Positions 14,801 to 27,077 of a DNA stretch of 64,000 bases are shown here, one piece after another; the stretch's first letter is position 1, and each line of letters starts with the position of its first letter. The notes beneath the pieces are model-generated. The model ran no database searches and was not told the origin of the DNA. It saw nothing but the letters and a program-made list of their open reading frames with translations. Position numbers and translations under genes: made by a program. Origin of the DNA: Mytilus trossulus (Eukaryota); assembly GCF_036588685.1 (NCBI RefSeq), contig NC_086377.1, positions 2,356,001 to 2,420,000 on the forward strand. The letters run 5' to 3'.

Positions 14801-17800
14801 GTCGAATCACTGTCTACATCAACAACAGACACGGCGGTGTACATACTATCAGGAATACTACCCGTCGAATCACTGTCTACATCAACACCAGACCCGGCGG
14901 TGTACATACTATCAGGAATACTACCCGTCGAATCACTGTCTACATCAACACCAGACACGCCGGTGTACATACTATCAGGAATACTACACGTCGAATCACT
15001 GTCTACATCAACACCAGACATGGCGGTGTACATACTATCAGGAATACTACCCGTCGAATCACTGTCTACATCAACACCAGACATGGCGGTGTACATACTA
15101 TCAGGAATACTACCCGTCGAATCACTGTCTACATCAACACCAGACCCGGCGGTGTACATACTATCAGGAATACTACCCGTCGAATCACTTCCCACATCAA
15201 CACCAGACCCGGCGGTGTACATACTATCAGGAATACTACCCGTCGAATCACTGTCTACATCAACACCAGACATGCCGGTTTTACATACTATCAGGAATAC
15301 TACCCGTCGAATCACTGTCTACATCAACACCAGACACGGCGGTGTACATACTATCAGGAATACTACCCGTCGAATCACTGTCTACATCAACACCAGACCT
15401 GGCGGTGTACATACTATCAGGAATACTACCCGTCGAATCACTGTCTACATCAACACCAGACCCGGCGGTGTACATACTATCAGGAATACTACCCGTCGAA
15501 TCACTTCCCACATCAACACCAGACCCGGCGGTGTACATACTATCAGGAATACTACCCGTCGAATCACTGTCTACATCAACACCAGACCCGGCGGTGTACA
15601 TACTATCAGGAATACTACCCGTCGAATCACTGTCTACATCAACACCAGACACGGCGGTGTACATACTATCAGGAATACTACCCGTCGAATCACTGTCTAC
15701 ATCAACACCAGACACGGCGGTGTACTTACTATCAGGAATACTACCCGTCGAATCACTGTCTACATCAACACCAGACACGGCGGTGTACATACTATCAGGA
15801 ATACTACCCGTCGAATCACTGTCTACATCAACACCAGACACGGCGGTGTACTTACTATCAGGAATACTACCCGTCGAATCACTGTCTACAACAACACCAG
15901 ACCCGGCGGTGCACATACTATCAGGAATACTACCCGTCGAATCACTGTCTACATCAACACCAGACCCGGCGGTGTACATACTATCAGGAATAGTACCCGT
16001 CGAATCACTGGCTACATCAACACCAGACCCGGTGGTGTACATACTATCAGGAATACTACCCGTCGAATCACTGTCTACATCAACACCAGACACGGCGGTG
16101 TACATACTATCAGGAATACTACCCGTCGAATCACTGTCTACATCAACACCAGACATGCCGGTTTTACATACTATCAGGAATACTACCCGTCGAATCACTG
16201 TCTTCATCAACATCAGACCCGGTGGTCTACATACTATCAGGAATACTATCCGTCGAATCACTTCCTACATCAACACCAGACACGGCGGTGTACATACTAT
16301 CAGGAATACTACCCGTCGAATCACTGTCTACATCAACATAAGACACGGCGATGTACATACTATCAGGAATACTACCCGTCGAATCATTGTCTACATCAAC
16401 ACCAGACACGGCGGTGTACATACTATCAGGAATACTACCCGTCGAATCACTGTCTACATCAACAACAGACACGGCGGTGTACATACTATCAGGAATACTA
16501 CCCGTCGAATCACTGTCTACATCAACACCAGACCCGGCGGTGTACATACTATCAGGAATACTACCCGTCGAATCACTGTCTACATCAACACCAGACACGC
16601 CGGTGTACATACTATCAGGAATACTACACGTCGAATCACTGTCTACATCACCACCAGACATGGCGGTGTACATACTATCAGGAATACTACCCGTCGAATC
16701 ACTGTCTACATCAACACCAGACATGGCGGTGTACATACTATCAGGAATACTACCCGTCGAATCACTGTCTACATCAACACCAGACCCGGCGGTGTACATA
16801 CTATCAGGAATACTACCCGTCGAATCACTTCCCACATCAACACCAGACCCGGCGGTGGACATACTATCAGGAATACTACCCGTCGAATCACTGTCTACAT
16901 CAACACCAGACATGCCGGTTTTACATACTATCAGGAATACTACCCGTCGAATCACTGTCTACATCAACACCAGACACGGCGGTGTACATACTATCAGCAA
17001 TATTACCCGTCGAATCACTGTCTACATCAACACCAGACCTGGCGGTGTACATACTATCAGGAATACTACCCGTCGAATCACTGTCTACATCAACACCAGA
17101 CCCGGCGGTGTACATACTATCAGGAATACTACCCGTCGAATCACTTCCCACATCAACACCAGACCCGGCGGTGTACATACTATCAGGAATACTACCCGTC
17201 GAATCACTGTCTACATCAACACCAGACCCGGCGGTGTACATACTATCAGGAATACTACCCGTCGAATCACTGTCTACATCAACACCAGACACGGCGGTGT
17301 ACATACTATCAGGAATACTACCCGTCGAATCACTGTCTACATCAACACCAGACCTGGCGGTGTACATACTATCAGAAATACTACCCGTCGAAGCGCTAAT
17401 TGACAAAAGAGCACTGGATTATTTAACAACATCTGTAACCAAGATGAAAGCAGCACGGAAAAACAACTGGCGCGGAGACAAATCAGTGTTAAGTCGCTGG
17501 GCAGTAATAGCTGGTTTATACAAATCAAAAAGATCCTATCAAAATATAACATGGATGAAATCAACACCTACTTGATATACCTATGAAGAAAGAAAAATGG
17601 ATCACTTTAATAAACCGAATTATCCAAAAAAACTGGAGTGACTCAATAACAAGAATGGTTTCTTATAACAAAGGCCTTCAACACTTTATTTACACGGAAT
17701 TCCACCAAGGGAAGCTACATCCACTACTAAAAATCAAATGTCAATCAGTTAGAGACATAGGAAGAATTCCTCCAAAGCTAAAAAAATTAACCGGCACATA

Positions 17801-18366
17801 CATTCGGCACTCGCACAGAATCAAAATGTATGACAATGAAACAAACCCGAATTGTCTGATATGTCACCAACGGGACGAAGCGCTGGAACATTTTATCCCA
17901 GAATGTGAAGGGTTATCCGATACTAGAATCAATGATGGATGAAGTTAGTGCCATTCTGAAGGGTTCAATACATGTAGACTTTCATGAGCAAACATCAAAA
18001 GTAAAGATACAAATTCTTCTGGACATTACAATGCTGCGGGAAAATCTAAAACTAAATACAACATAGATGGCCGAAATCGAATACTGTAGCCGCCGACTTC
18101 TCTTTTTTTAACACACCACCAGATATAGTTTCCTGTCAAAAGGATGGAAAAAGGACTACAAAAACGTAAAGGTGTAATAACCCAACAACTGATGTTGAAA
18201 ATGAACAATGTGTAAATAACTTGTATATAAAACAAAAATCCAATGGTACTGCACTATATATAAAGCACGCAGTTGGGGGATATAACTGTTAGACACACTG
18301 AAGCCTATGAACACACTGAAGTGGTTCTCCTATATAGGTGGTTAAGGATACAGAGGTAAGGTAAGG
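8870..18366 (+). mobile_element. 5'-truncated non-LTR retrotransposon (LINE) ORF2 C-terminal remnant, interrupted by an internal tandem array
   Basis: The left flank translates LEKFQKRLLKQLL*LSTSKPDTAVYILSGILPV. The right flank reads EALIDKRAL/LFNNICNQDESSTEKQLARRQISVKSLGSNSWF, then LTGTY...CLICHQRDEALEHFIPEC (C-terminal CCHC-type zinc finger of LINE ORF2). A (gtaag)n tail lies at ~18356-18366. Confidence 0.8.
8940..17390. repeat. 63-bp tandem array (~134 monomers) with higher-order repeat structure
   Basis: The unit is tcactgtctacatcaacaccagacccggcggtgtacatactatcaggaatactacccgtcgaa. A 64-bp variant (gccggtttta) occurs at 10668, 11425, 12182, 12624, 13381, 13949, 14517, 15274, 16157 and 16914. 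Confidence 0.98.
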
Positions 18367-18374
18367 TTTAATCG

Positions 18375-20435
18375 TTTAAAAGGTTAGTAGTCAGCAGTTC
18401 GGTGTTGACATGAATACAAATGTTGGGGTCTAATCATTGTTACGTTATCATCATTTACAATATTAGTAGTCAGCATTTCAATGTTGACATGAATAAAAAT
18501 GTTGGGGTCTAATCATTGTAACGTTATCATCATTAACAAGGTTAGTAGTCAGCATTTCGGTGTTGACATGAATACAAATGTTGGGGTCTAATCATTGTTA
18601 CGTTATCATCATTTACAAGGTTAGTAGTCAGCATTTCGATGTTGACATGAATACAAATGTTGGGGTCTAATCATTGTTACATTATCATCATTTACAAGGT
18701 TAGTAGTCAGCATTTCGGTGTTGACATGAATACAAGAGTTGGGGTGTAATCATTGTTACGTTATCATCATTTACAAGGTTAGTAGTCAGCATTTCGGTGT
18801 TTACATGAATACAAATGTTGGGGTCTAATCATTGTTACGTTATCATCATTTACAAGGTTAGTAGTCAGCATTTCGGTGTTGACATGAATACAAGAGTTGG
18901 GGTGTAATCATTGTTACGTTATCATCATTTACAAGGTTAGTAGTCAGCATTTCGGTGTTTACATGAATACAAATGTTGGGGTCTAATCATTGTTACGTTA
19001 TCATCATTTACAAGGTTAGTAGTCAGCATTTCGGTGTTGACATGAATACAAATGTTGGAGTCTAATCATTGTTACGTTATCATCATTTACAATATTAGTA
19101 GTCAGCATTTCGGTGTTGACATGAATACAAGAGTTGGGGTCTAATCATTGTTACGTTATCATCATTTACAAGGTCAGTAGTCAGCATTTCGGTGTTGACA
19201 TGAATACAAATGTTGGGGTCTAATCATTGTAACGTCATCATCATTTACAAGGTTCGTAGTCAGCATTTCGATGTTGACATGAATACAAGAGTTGGGGTCT
19301 AATCATTGTTACGTTATCATCATTTACATGGTAAGTAGTCAGCATTTCGGTGTTGACATGAATACACATGTTGGGGTCTAACCATTGTTACGTCATCATC
19401 ATTTACAAGGTTAGAAGTCAGCATTTCGGTGTTGACATGAATACAAATGTTGGGGTCTAATCAGTGTTACGCTATCATCATTTACAAGGTTAGTAGTCAT
19501 CATTTCGGTGTTTACATGAATACAAATGTTGGGGTCTAATCATTGTAACGTTATCATCATTTAAAAGGTTATTAGTCAGCATTTCGGTGTTGACATGCAT
19601 ACAAATGTTGGGGTCTAATCATTGTAACGTCATCATCATTTACAAGGTTCGTAGTCAGCATTTCGATGTTGACATGAATACAAGATTTGGGGTCTAATCA
19701 TTGTTACGTCATCATCATTTACAAGGTTCGTAGTCAGCATTTCGATGTTGACATGAATACAAGAGTTGGGGTCTAATCATTGTTACGTTATCATCATTTA
19801 CATGGTAAGTAGTCAGCATTTCGGTGTTCACATGTTGGGGTCTAACCATTGTTACGTCATCATCATTTACAAGGTTAGAAGTCAGCATTTCGGTGTTGAC
19901 ATGAATACACATGTTGGGGTCTAACCATTGTTATGTTTTCATCGTTTACATGGTCAGTAGTCAGCATTTCGGTGTTGAAATGAATACGAATGTTGGGGTA
20001 TAATCATTGTTACGTCATCATCATTTACATGGTAAGTAGTCAGCATTTCGGTGTTGACATGAATACAAATGTTGAGGTCAAATCATTGTTACGTCATCAT
20101 CATTTAAAAGGTTTGTAGTCAGCATTTCGGTGTTGACATGAATACAAGAGTTGGGGTCTAATCATTGTTACGTTATCATCATTTAAAAGGTTATTAGTCA
20201 GCATTTCGATGTTGACATGAATACAGGAGTTGGGGTCTAATCATTGTAAAGTTATCATCATTTAAAAGGTTAGTAGTCAGCATTTTGATGTCGACATGAA
20301 TACAAATGATGGGTCAAATATTGTTTACGTCATCATCATTTAAAAGGTTAGTAGTCAGCATTTCGTTGTCGACATGCATACAAACGGTGGGGTCTAATAA
20401 TTTTTACGTCATCATCATTTAAAAGGTTAGTAGTC
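18375..20435. repeat. 79-bp tandem array, ~26 copies
   Basis: The unit is gttagtagtcagcatttcggtgttgacatgaatacaaatgttggggtctaatcattgttacgttatcatcatttacaag, with period 79 (18541 to 18620). Confidence 0.95.
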
Positions 20436-22799
20436 TAGTTTTATTTACTGACAATGTCTTAGTAGTTGGTAGTAACAAAACATATATAACTAGACACTAC
20501 TTGTAATTACTGGTGGTATTGATTATATTGAAAACAAAACAGCCTGGAATAGTATGATTTTCAAACAACATAATTGACCTGTACTAGTTTTATTTAAAGT
20601 TGAATTCTTTGAATCATCGTTTTTATGTCATGCCAACTATACAATTGGACCTGGTTACATGTATTAAAATATATTTGGATTATTACATGGCATTTTCATA
20701 TCAGAATCTTTATCGGCCCTATGTAATGATATCAGCCCCTAAACAATTTACAAAATATATTGTATTTATGGCTGAAGGTTCATACGGTACTTAATGTTGT
20801 ATTTTTACCATATTTACTTAACACTTAACGCTTGCAGTTCATGCAGTACTTTGTGTCGTTCTTTAAAACACAAAATTTACCAGAAACCTTATAATGTAAA
20901 TCGGAGAATTCGGAAATTAAATGTGGTTTGTCTCTTCGATCTTTAGGTTGTCTGTCTCGAAATTCGAAACTCGGCATTTAGGATTCAAGATATGGTCGGT
21001 TTGAACGTGGTGATTTTAAAGTGTAAACCCCAATAGAAACATAAAAAGCTAATTGGACTATTAATATTTGCCAGGCCGATGTCTCTTGTCAATCAAAATG
21101 AATGTACCTTCTGCACTTACTTAGATATGAATGAAGGACATTTTATAAATTCAGATTGGAAGGAAAGGAATCCCTGTGTAACTTCTATAATATTTTCGTG
21201 GTTTCAAAAGACTGTTTCATACATATTTTATTTTATTATATAAGAATAAGAATAAGAATATTTTATTAATCCAATCATGGACCCTTGCGGGTTTTAAATT
21301 TCACATAATGATTACAATGATTTGTGTTATAACAATGAAATTATAAAATGAAATACATGACAATAGAACACTGAACAGTTGCATGCACATGGAAGATAAA
21401 GTAATATGGGAGACAATCAATTTCTGTAAGGATTATTCACCTGTAAACAGATATGGTGTTTTGAGCTGCATAAAAATGAAATGCAGCCCCAACTGATTAG
21501 AGATAAGGGTATTTTTCTCCCAAGTATACACGGCAACCAATTTCTAGATATTTATGTAATATGATTATATTTCTTTCACAATTGCAAGATTATGATAAGC
21601 ACCTTAGAGATTTGACTGCAGTTTATTAATGCATATATAAGCATTTACATATTAATAGATGAAATATGCATACACAAAGATAGGGAAATGTGTATTTAAA
21701 TTTAATTTTTGAATTTAGAAAATATATATGGACAAAATAAAAGAGATTTAGCCATTAACATAATTTGTGAATCTCAATTCAAAACTCTGGATAAGAAAAA
21801 TAAATAACTTTTTAAGTATATGTTTATCTTCAGTGGTCATTAAACATATTTTTTTTTATTTGCAGTCATAAATGAAACCTTTTGTAGGATATACGATTGT
21901 AGTTTCGGGAAACAATGTCAACTAAATCTAAAGTTATTTGTCTTCTTTTTCAGAATGTCTTGATAACTTTTAATTTATTAAGTCGACACAAAATAATTAT
22001 ATCAGTAACTGAACGCTAGTACAAAGTAAATAATAACATAATCCAAATGTTTAAATGACTTTGAGCTAGCTTTCGGTAAATGGAAGTTGTATCACATAAA
22101 AATTTGATTGAATTGTCATGCATGTAGTTATTTAGTTCAGGATTACCAATCCGTGATCACATATTAATAATCCGAGATCTTAGATTTTCAATCCGATATT
22201 CACGGAACATATTTGTGTAGTGTTCCTTTATCATGGCTTTCGTAGATATATGACTACACCCTTTTACCTTTTGTTGATAAATTATTTACAAGATGATGTT
22301 AATTGATCTAACAATATATCTATTTAACCGTTGCTGGTTCTTAAAATACATAATTTTATTTTGATCTTCTTCTGCGTACTTTAAAAGATGTAATTGTTTA
22401 GATTAATCTCAGAGGTATCAAACAAGCCTATCCATACAGGTAACAACATACTTATATTGTACCTTTAGAGATAGTCCCAACAGCATATTGTATTCATCTT
22501 CCATCCAACACGAGCGCCAGCAGTAGTGTCGACTTTCCTAACACGTCTATTAAATTAACTCTACCGAACTGCACGGATAACACAACTGTCTATTGACAAA
22601 CACCTCTTTTTAGTTATTGTTGATAAAAAGAAGAAGTATTGATATTTCGTAACATTGCAAACTGTATTTTAGTATATTTTCTCCGACAATCATCCTATGT
22701 TTTATAAAAAAAAACTTTCTTAATTACAACAAGTACTAAAAATCAATGAGACATTTTAATTTCCATTTATATAAGGCCAAAATTGCAATATGTCTAAGT

Positions 22800-24418
22800 T
22801 ATTAAAATTTTGACAGTGCTCATGAGCTTTTGCAAACAATGATTTCCGACATTTATTATAAAATGGACAGTTTATTAAAAAATGAAACTCAACTTCAATA
22901 TTATTTTGAGAACAAAAATTACAAGTCCTCTGTGACTTTTCTATAGGTTTGTTCTTAAGTCGCTCTTTTTCTACTCGTAATTGGTGGGCACTTATTTAAT
23001 TTACATAAACTTTGTCTTGATTGAAAACTTTGAATATAAAGATATTTTCCATTTGGAAATTATTCTTATCAGAAAAATATATATCTAGCTTCCCATTAAC
23101 ATTATCTTTATCATTGAACCATGCTTTTAAAAATAATGTCTTTAACTTTTTCATAATAAGTTGTTTTAATATATTAATTGAATAATCAATACAATATGTA
23201 TCTTTCAATTCAAGCTTTTGTAAAATAAATTTAACAAAGGAATACCATGTCATAGTGTTATTTTCATGCATATCTTTGATACATAAAACGCTTCTTTCAA
23301 TAAATTTGAGTTACAATGATCTAATTTATGCAGATAGCTTAACATAGATATAACAATATTAAAATATTCAGGAAATCTACCTAATTCTGATTGTACAGCA
23401 ACATTTGTACTTTTATTATTTAAGCCTAAAATATGCTTACAGAAATTTAAGTTCATTTTATCAACAACATTAATCTGGTATATTTTTTTCAAGTACATTT
23501 GTAGCATCTTTTTTACAAGAAGCAGAGTTGGTTTTAAACATTACCCATATCTCTGAGCCATACAAAATTCTAGGTTTAATGGTATGGTCAAACAGATATA
23601 CATTTGTTTTAATACTAGCATCTGAGCCAGATAAACATATATTAAGTTTATATGAAGCTTTTAAAGATTTATAAAATAAGTCTTATTTTGCATAATTAAA
23701 TAGACTGGAACATAACTCCAAGGTATTTATATTTGAAAACAGTTTCAATTAATTCATTTTTAAAATAGAATGGTTCTTTTATGTGGCGTTCACTTTTATT
23801 AAAAATTAAAACTTTTTTTTTTTTTTAAGTTTATATTTAGGCAACAGGTATCACAGTATGATTCCAATGCCTTCAAGCGCTTTTGAAGTCCATTAGCAAA
23901 ATCAGAAAATACAATGACATCATCTGCATACATAAGACAGTCTATGTGACTAGTGCTGAGTTTTACACTAACAGGACAATTTAGTAAAAAGTTAGGTAGA
24001 TCATTTATGAATAGAATAAAAAGGGCAGGGCTTAAAATACCCCCTTGTCTAACCCCAATATAATGGTTAAAACATGGACCCAGTGTGTTATCAACTTTTA
24101 CTCTTAGATTATTAAGTGTATACATGTGTTTAATTAACTGGTAAAATTTTCCCCTAATGTCTGACTTGAGCATTTTTATAAGGATACCTGGGTGTATCAC
24201 AGTATCAATGGCTCTTTTAAAGTCAATAACACATGCATACAATTTACTTCCCTTACAATTAGTATATTTATCAATTTGAGGATAAACATGTGATCTCTTG
24301 TCCTTGATTAATTTCTGAAGCCAGCTTGGCAATCAGTCAAAATATTTCTCTCATCGAAATGTTTAGAAAGTCTTGTATTTAACACAACATTAAATAACTT
24401 TCCAATACAAGAACTTAT
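22800..24418 (-). pseudogene. Decayed LINE ORF2 (reverse transcriptase and C-terminal region)
   Basis: RT motifs LYACVIDFKRAIDTV, GVRQGGILSPALFILFINDL and LMYADD, followed by ILGLNNKSTNVAVQSELGRFP. Multiple frameshifts and stops. Confidence 0.9.
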
Positions 24419-24479
24419 ATGTACACATTTTATCGATCAAATTGTAGGGATCATATTAGCAAGTTATTGCTATACAGAA

Positions 24480-25540
24480 ACTAACGTTGATACAGATTGT
24501 GTTAAGGGACAGCTATTAAGGTCAAAATTTGCTTGGAGAACTAGTTTAGCGGATCTGTTAACAGCTTTACTTAATGTTGAGCACCAAATAACTTTAACAC
24601 ATGTTGACAAAAGCTACAGGTTTGTTTGTTTACAGTACTTGTTTAACGGATATATTAAAAAGTTTACTTAATGTGGAGCATCAAATAAATTTAACACATA
24701 TTGTGAAAAGCGACGGCTGTCAATGTCGATTTTTTTATGCAGTACTCGTTTATCGGATCTTTAAAAAAGTTATCTGAGTGTGGAGCAAACACGAGCAGAA
24801 GTTAAAATAACAGAAACATACTTTAATAAATATTTTGTTTATTTACAGCTGTCAAAACTCTATGTTGCCGTACTAGTTTAGTATTTACGTAGTTCGGAGC
24901 AGACAAGATAACAAAAAAACTTGATCACAAACTGTGTTAAGCGGCAGGTGTTAAGGTCAACATCTGTTTGCAGTACTAGTTCAGGGACGACATCAAAAGT
25001 TCAATGAATGATAAAAATTACTTAATTCACAGTTTTTTTCACTGACGCCCCCACCCCCTCTTTAACTTAATTTAGGAAAAATTGGTTGACCAATATGGAT
25101 ATATGTGAAAATCAATGTCGGATTAACAAAACTTGCAGCAGTTTAACCCCCCACCCCCATCCCCGCCCCCCCCCCCCCCCGCCAACTATTTGATTTAATT
25201 TTTTATCCTACATTGATCTTTTGATGTCGTCCTTTATTGGATCTGTTAACAGCTTAACTTCATGTTGAACACCAAATACTTTTTTATAACACACGTTGTG
25301 TTAAGCGACAGCTATTAAGGTCAAAATTCGTGTGCAGTACTAGTTTAGTGGATCTGTTAACTTTATTTTACTTTACTTAATGTTGAACACCAAATAAATA
25401 TAACACATGTTGTGTAAAACGACCGCTGTCAAGGTCAACGTTCAATTCTTTGCAGTACTAGTTTAACAGATTTGTTAAAAAGTTTACTGAGTGTGGAGCA
25501 TACAAGATCAGACGTTAACTTTACATAACTCGTTTAGCTC
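24480..25540. repeat. Highly degenerate ~120-bp tandem repeat
   Basis: Recurring motifs gcagtactagttta, atctgttaa, ttacttaatgttga/gtggagca and aaggtcaa. Confidence 0.55.
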
Positions 25541-25952
25541 CGGCTGCTAAGGGTGCAATTTGCGTCTTTGTTTTAATAGTTTAGATGATTTGTCTTCATT
25601 TACCTTTGTCACTAGAACATTCCAACAACCGATTATTGACAAACAAAATGTGTTATCCATTCGTTCGATGTGTTTAGAGATTTTAATTTTGCAATTGTTT
25701 TATTGACTTTTCCTAAAACGTCTATCAGGATAACCTTTAATTCTTAAAGTCATTATGTTATTTCTATGTTAAATTGTAGTAAGACAATAACAATCAAAAC
25801 CAAGGAGTATACAAAGACTCACAAAACCAATGACATTTACATCAACAGTTATATAAATAATAATTAAGAAACAATACGAACTCCACTAAAAACCGGGAGT
25901 GAAATCAGATGCTCCGGAAGGGTAAGCATTTCCTGCACCGTATACTGCACCC

Positions 25953-26415
25953 GTTTCCTGTAGACTAGTTTGTGACAAAACGAGATATTGCTATCAATGA
26001 TGCGACATTATATTTGGAAACAAGTATTAGTAAACTATTTATCTAGTCTATTTTCTTCCATCTTCTTACCACTATACATTTTTGTTAATTATTTAAAAAA
26101 ATAATTTACTTTATATTACGTTCATTGTAATATAAAAACCGAAATATTTCAACAGCAGTAAAAACTATGCATATTAAAATCAGCATGACATGATCAGATC
26201 ACAATACGACTACCAAACAAAGACATACGTACTTTAATTCCGCCACGGACCAGCGATGTCGTTGGTTGTTTGCGATCTTAAACATGCATAAATATTTATG
26301 AAATATGAGAAACACTATCATTATACATGTACCCATTTATATATTTTTTTAAAATCTAATGTCGCATCATTAATACACAATATGTCATTTAGTCACACAC
26401 TTGTCTTCAGGAAAC
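25953..26415. mobile_element. MITE-like element with ~60-bp imperfect TIRs
   Basis: gtttcctgtagactagtttgtgac...aatgatgcgacatta pairs with taatgtcgcatcatt...gtcacacacttgtcttcaggaaac. Confidence 0.6.
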
Positions 26416-26989
26416 TTATACTTTAACACCGGGCATGTTTACGTATATAGCGATATAAGGTTATTTTATCATCATTTATAAACAATTTATAATGAAGTAT
26501 AACATTGTATACATTTGTATGTTATATTGAATGCCGTATATTATCATATAATTGATTAAAGGTGATATTGCATATGTCATATGTTCCTATCAGTCCAATA
26601 GGAGCTTGAAAACAGTAAACTAATGGTATATCATTTAAGAAAGATTATGAGAAGAGAAATACTGCGAGCAGAGAAAAAATGTGAGAAGAATTTAATAATC
26701 ACAATATGTCAGGTCATCATTAACCCCAATATTAATGCATACTAAAGATTATAAAACAATAGTAGATAATAATCGTGTGTTGTTGACATTTTTGAGTTTT
26801 AAATCCAATTTTCAATTTTCAATATTTCTTAAAAATATTGGAAGTAAAATATGCTACTTTATTTATTATATTGAAATACTAGTCAAAACTCGTCTGTATC
26901 ACAATTTTGTAAAATAAAATTATACAAAATATTTCTCAGGATTCTCCAAGTTTCTAGAAATATTGTTTTGTCAGGCAAAAAGAGAAAAC

Positions 26990-27077
26990 AGTTAATCTGA
27001 TTAATTAGAAATAGGATGATGTGGTATGGGTGCCAATGAGACAACTAAGTTCCTTTTAAATAAGTTATTCTGATTAA
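26990..27077. repeat. First ~1.2 monomers of the 73-bp satellite, separated from the rest of the array by the giant insertion
   Basis: Same unit and orientation as 62605-64000, ending at ...tctgaTTAA. Confidence 0.9.

Noticed and set aside
8940-17575. Very long ORFs (up to 1926 aa) resembling adhesin, mucin or ice-nucleation-type repeat proteins
   Set aside because: They are overlapping translations of a 63-bp array in several frames on both strands, they switch peptide at 1-bp indels, and they have no signal peptide or unique domain. The flanks show a LINE origin.
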